Positions 60,221 to 64,000 of a stretch of DNA of 64,000 nt are shown in pieces. Below the pieces are notes generated by a model, which saw nothing but the letters and a program-made list of their open reading frames with translations, searched no databases and was not told where the DNA came from. Position 1 is the first letter of the stretch. Every line of letters begins with the position of its first letter. The position numbers were made by a program, and so were the translations under genes. This stretch comes from Promethearchaeota archaeon (GTDB taxonomy: Archaea; Asgardarchaeota; Heimdallarchaeia; Hodarchaeales; Hodarchaeaceae): positions 384,001-448,000 of the forward strand of contig JBHLMN010000001.1 of the NCBI GenBank assembly GCA_048938105.1, in the 5' to 3' direction.

Positions 60221-61058
60221 AAATTATTGGAAAATGTCTAGGATGGAGAAAATTCGACAAGTAATTGTTCGGGATACTCCTGAAAGAGGACTCGATGTCG
60301 TAGCTTCTAATTTGCATGAGAGTCAAACACAAAATATCTCTTTATTCATTCCGGACGAAGAACTTTCTGACTTCAATGAAGTTTTTTTGACTAAATTCCA
60401 ACATCCTTCAGGAAATATTATCCTACGATTCACATTTGATGATGGAATAGACCACTTTGGACGTCAATCAATAAAAACTCACACATTAATCATTGATAGC
60501 TCTTTCTATAATGAAAAAACAGCTCAGTATTTTATCTCACCATTAATAAATGGATCTATGAATATAGAAGATAATAATATTTTAAAACTGAATGATTTTG
60601 AAACACTAGATCCATATCCTATATCTTCGAAATTTGTTGAACTTGTTTTAACCAAGAAGCAAGTTCAATTGATGAGTCAAGAAAAAATAGATCCTTTGAA
60701 TCTTATTCAAATATTTGGAGCTTTAGATCGTGTAATACCTCCCCCGTTAAATCTAACATTTTCTTTTCAAACAATTGTCTCTCCTAGTCATAAAAAAACT
60801 TTAAGGAAACATTCAATAGTTTATTCATTAGAAAAATTACCCCATTCAGAAGTATTCGAACAGATTCAATTGAAGGAATCGGAGTTTACTTCTATTCAAG
60901 CAATATCAAACTGTATTTCAGATCTGTCCTTGCTCAGGCAGCTACAAAAACAGTTATTCCTAGGGATCCCCGAAAAATGGCTAAATCTAAGACTACAATG
61001 GCGTTTTGGGATCAAAAGATTTTCTCATATTCGAGAGAACCTGAATACCTATTTCTAA
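60153..61058 (+). CDS. GTPase-associated protein, GAP1-N/M or DENN-like (start likely ATG at 60234)
   Basis: GLDVVAS, DHFGRQSIKTHTLII, IPPPLNLTFSFQT motifs; 13 nt downstream of the GTPase stop. Confidence 0.5.
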   Translation: MFINPPTRKLMQFLKNVNEHYIRNYWKMSRMEKIRQVIVRDTPERGLDVVASNLHESQTQNISLFIPDEELSDFNEVFLTKFQHPSGNIILRFTFDDGIDHFGRQSIKTHTLIIDSSFYNEKTAQYFISPLINGSMNIEDNNILKLNDFETLDPYPISSKFVELVLTKKQVQLMSQEKIDPLNLIQIFGALDRVIPPPLNLTFSFQTIVSPSHKKTLRKHSIVYSLEKLPHSEVFEQIQLKESEFTSIQAISNCISDLSLLRQLQKQLFLGIPEKWLNLRLQWRFGIKRFSHIRENLNTYF

Positions 61059-61061
61059 CTT

Positions 61062-61277
61062 TTAAGGAATAACTTCTTTATCTTCAAGAATTTTACGAAT
61101 GCAATGAACTACTTCTGGATCAGTATCCTCCAAAACAGCTCTCTTTAAATGATTTTTACTTATTAAAAAATTGTATTTAGCAAGATATTGAGCAGCAAAC
61201 ATCCTTTCGAATTTATCAGGATCCTTCTGCAATTTCTCAATCATTAATTCAACATTTTCTTTTTTTGTCTTTGTCAA
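61062..61277 (-). CDS. Small HEAT/PBS-lyase repeat protein
   Basis: L..DPDKFER..AA..L and L.DTDPEV..I repeats. Confidence 0.65.
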   Translation of the reverse strand: MTKTKKENVELMIEKLQKDPDKFERMFAAQYLAKYNFLISKNHLKRAVLEDTDPEVVHCIRKILEDKEVIP

Positions 61278-61375
61278 TAGACTCAGTTGAACTGATTCAT
61301 ATTTAAATAAAATAAGTTCTTGTCATGCGAAGGAAATAAGAATCTAAATTCTTACTAGAACGTGCACATATTAAT

Positions 61376-62137
61376 TTGAAGATATCTTGTCTTGTTGGAC
61401 ATAAAGCTCAAAATAAGGTTAGAAATGTGAATCTACAATCATCTTTTTCTACCGAACCCGAAAAAATCGATCACATTTTAACAAGATTATTGCAGGCAAC
61501 AAAAGAACTAAAAGATCCAATAGTGACGAGTATATCTAAAACTCGAAAAGATCCTTTTCTAATACTTATAGCTACTATCTTGAGTTTGAGGACGAAAGAT
61601 GAATTAACATACAAAGCAAGTCAGCTACTCTTTGCCCGAGCAGATACACCTGCTAAAATACTCGCAATTCCTCTTGAGGAACTTGAACAACTCATCTTTT
61701 CTGTAGGTTTTTATCGTCAAAAAGCAAGAACTATTCATGAATTATGTAAAAGACTTATTGATGAATATAATGGTAAAGTTCCTGATTCTCTAAACGAATT
61801 GATAAGTTTTAAAGGTGTGGGTCGCAAAACTGCTAATTTAGTTATTACAAAAGGATTTGACAAACCAGGGATATGTGTTGATGTTCATGTGGCTCGTATT
61901 ACTCAACGAATCGGTATCGTACCAATCAAAGGTGAAAATGACAATAAACCTATCTTTCATAATGCAGATCAGGTTGAAATGATTTTGAGAAAGATTTTAC
62001 CAAAGAAATGGTGGATACCAATTAATGATATTCTAGTGAGGTGGGGACAAAATATATGTACTCCAATCAGTCCTAAATGCAGTCAATGTGTCATTTACGA
62101 CTCCTGTTTGAAAATTGGTGTTCAAAAGCATCGTTAA
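61376..62137 (+). CDS. nth: Endonuclease III
   Basis: LIATILS, GFYRQKA, HhH GVGRKTAN, VDVHV, C-x6-C-x2-C-x5-C. Confidence 0.95.
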   Translation: MKISCLVGHKAQNKVRNVNLQSSFSTEPEKIDHILTRLLQATKELKDPIVTSISKTRKDPFLILIATILSLRTKDELTYKASQLLFARADTPAKILAIPLEELEQLIFSVGFYRQKARTIHELCKRLIDEYNGKVPDSLNELISFKGVGRKTANLVITKGFDKPGICVDVHVARITQRIGIVPIKGENDNKPIFHNADQVEMILRKILPKKWWIPINDILVRWGQNICTPISPKCSQCVIYDSCLKIGVQKHR

Positions 62138-62163
62138 ATCTGAAAAAAAGTCTAATGTAGAGT

Positions 62164-63321
62164 TCAATAATTTATTTTTGATTGTCTGATAGTCCTATAA
62201 GAACCTGAAACATATTTTTCAGTCTCTAGTCCTCCTCGAAATTGGTTTGTATCAAATCCTTTGCTTCTTGCAATAAAATATGAAAAAAATTCCACTGGAA
62301 TGGTATAAATCAATGGGGATAACACCTCCTTCTTGGGTGTTTTTATAGGTACGAAGTTATAAACTGATGTATCATGCAAGTCTGAGTTTACTAAAACAAT
62401 AGTCTTAGCATTAACTATCTCTCGAATAACTGGCTCAATCTCCATTATGCGATTGAAGGAAGAGATGTCAGGGGCTAAAAATATGACAAGACTATGCTGT
62501 GTTGTTATAAAATAATTAGTGTGACAATATTCCTCTATGTCACACGCGAATCCATTCAAAGAAAATTCATACATTTTATACGCCCCAAACAATCCAGTAG
62601 GAGCATTAGATCCTGAAGAAACAAAAATAATCTTATCTACTAAATTATTTAGGCCATCACTGAGTTTGAGATAAGTTGTTCGCTGATTTAAAGCCCCATT
62701 AACTAATTGGAGAACCTCTTGAAAACGATTAACCCCTTTTTGTAAAGAAAAATGTGATAAGAATTTAATTTGGACTGCAAGATTTGCTAGATAAGTTTTG
62801 GTTTGAGCTATATCATGATGGTATCCTGTATATTCTTTAGCACCTTCAGTAATATATGAGGAAGTTTCCAATGCATCTGGAGGAGACGCATGGATGTAAA
62901 GTGTATGGTTTGCCTCTTTAGCAACCTTACCCTTGGGATTATCAGTGATCCCTAAGATTTCTCCACCATTTTTTTGTGCAAAACGAAGTGCTTCAACTAC
63001 TCTAGGAGTGTTTCCAGAAACTGAAAGAACAATTACAAGGCTTTTATTCAAATATTTGCGATTCAGATAATTTACAAATTCAAATGGAGCGTAATGCTGA
63101 ATGTTCAGGTCAGGTCGCCATTTAGTACCAAGATTCGATCCAAACCAAGCAGCGCAATAGCTATCTCCGGATCCTGTAAAATAGATACGTTTAATATCGC
63201 TTTCTAGCAAAGAATCGGAAATATTCTTAATGTTATTATCATTAAAAATTGAATCAATAATTCTAGGTTGTTCTAACATTTCTGAAAGCATGAAATCAGG
63301 TTTTTCATGAATTTTTGACAT
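62164..63321 (-). CDS. Double SIS-domain sugar-phosphate isomerase/deglycase (GlmS C-terminal-like)
   Basis: M..EMLEQP, TGSGDS, SVSGNT, KMYE, EEYCH; no glutaminase domain. Confidence 0.85.
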   Translation of the reverse strand: MSKIHEKPDFMLSEMLEQPRIIDSIFNDNNIKNISDSLLESDIKRIYFTGSGDSYCAAWFGSNLGTKWRPDLNIQHYAPFEFVNYLNRKYLNKSLVIVLSVSGNTPRVVEALRFAQKNGGEILGITDNPKGKVAKEANHTLYIHASPPDALETSSYITEGAKEYTGYHHDIAQTKTYLANLAVQIKFLSHFSLQKGVNRFQEVLQLVNGALNQRTTYLKLSDGLNNLVDKIIFVSSGSNAPTGLFGAYKMYEFSLNGFACDIEEYCHTNYFITTQHSLVIFLAPDISSFNRIMEIEPVIREIVNAKTIVLVNSDLHDTSVYNFVPIKTPKKEVLSPLIYTIPVEFFSYFIARSKGFDTNQFRGGLETEKYVSGSYRTIRQSKINY

Positions 63322-63672
63322 AAATTCCTTCCTCTAGTAGAAGAACTTATTCTGATGAAAGTAATTATCATGAATTAAAAGTGAAAAAAGAAGTTTATTA
63401 TTCACTTTCATTACTTCTAAAATAGTTTTAGACACAAAAATTGGTTAATTCATTGACTTTAAATGTGTCTTCCACTGTTTTTACATCACAGAGGGAAACT
63501 TGTCACCAAAATCTATTTTTACGATGTTTATTTTAGTAATATTGTGTCACTTAACCAATTTACAATGTAAAAAATTGTAGAAATTTCATATTTTTGTCTT
63601 GAACTAAATGTTTATATTGCACATTTTTCACAACTTTCACAGTTTTCTCTAATCGATTAAGTAGGGAAGTTC

Positions 63673-64000
63673 ATGATAACTCTAGAGGATTCTATAGAAA
63701 TCCAAACAACACCTGAAAAAGTGTTTGCTGCCTTGATAAGAGTTTTTTCTTCACAAGAGTATTTTAAGAAATGGCATCATGACCATATAAAATGTAGTTG
63801 GATTAAGGGTGAATCATTTGAGGTAGGATCGATTCTTTATGTGGAGGAGTATTTACACGGTAAATTGGGAAAAATGAAATTTCTAGGTACAAATGTGGAA
63901 ATAAACAAAAAAATTGAGTATAAACTCCTATTTCCAACATCAATTATTTGTCCTAAAGGTTCTTTTATAATAGAACCAAAAGAAGGAAGTTCTATCTTTA
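63673..64000 (+). CDS. SRPBCC/START-fold protein, truncated by the window end
   Basis: Manual translation MITLEDSIEIQTTPEKVF...YFKKWHHDH...GSFIIEP; open to the window edge. Confidence 0.75.
   Translation, partial: MITLEDSIEIQTTPEKVFAALIRVFSSQEYFKKWHHDHIKCSWIKGESFEVGSILYVEEYLHGKLGKMKFLGTNVEINKKIEYKLLFPTSIICPKGSFIIEPKEGSSIF

Overview
AT-rich archaeal chromosomal window, very likely from an Asgard archaeon (possibly Heimdallarchaeia; inferred from gene content). Archaeal housekeeping genes include lipA, an ASH-Ski2-type helicase, PMM/PGM, rnhB, egsA, argS, a geranylgeranyl reductase, trm56, sua5, dph6, nadA/nadC, an AglH/ALG7-like transferase, elp3, porGDAB, nth and an intron-containing tRNA-Ala(GGC). 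These are interleaved with many eukaryotic-signature-like genes: two Rab-like GTPases, an MglA-type GTPase, a fourth small GTPase, one clear and one divergent gelsolin-domain protein, a roadblock-like protein, a CdvA-like protein and several coiled-coil proteins. Most notable: (1) a gelsolin-Rab-MglA operon flanked by a divergent Get4/TRC35-like gene and a longin+DENN-like gene; (2) a GTPase + GAP1/DENN-like two-gene operon; (3) a strongly structured ~190-nt candidate ncRNA at 27923-28109 and a second candidate at ~43405-43575; (4) egsA, which appears to use a non-canonical start codon; (5) a 1029-aa giant type IV pilin and a BshC-like ligase. No mobile element, CRISPR array or rRNA was seen. 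All family calls come from motif recognition by eye; no searches were run.
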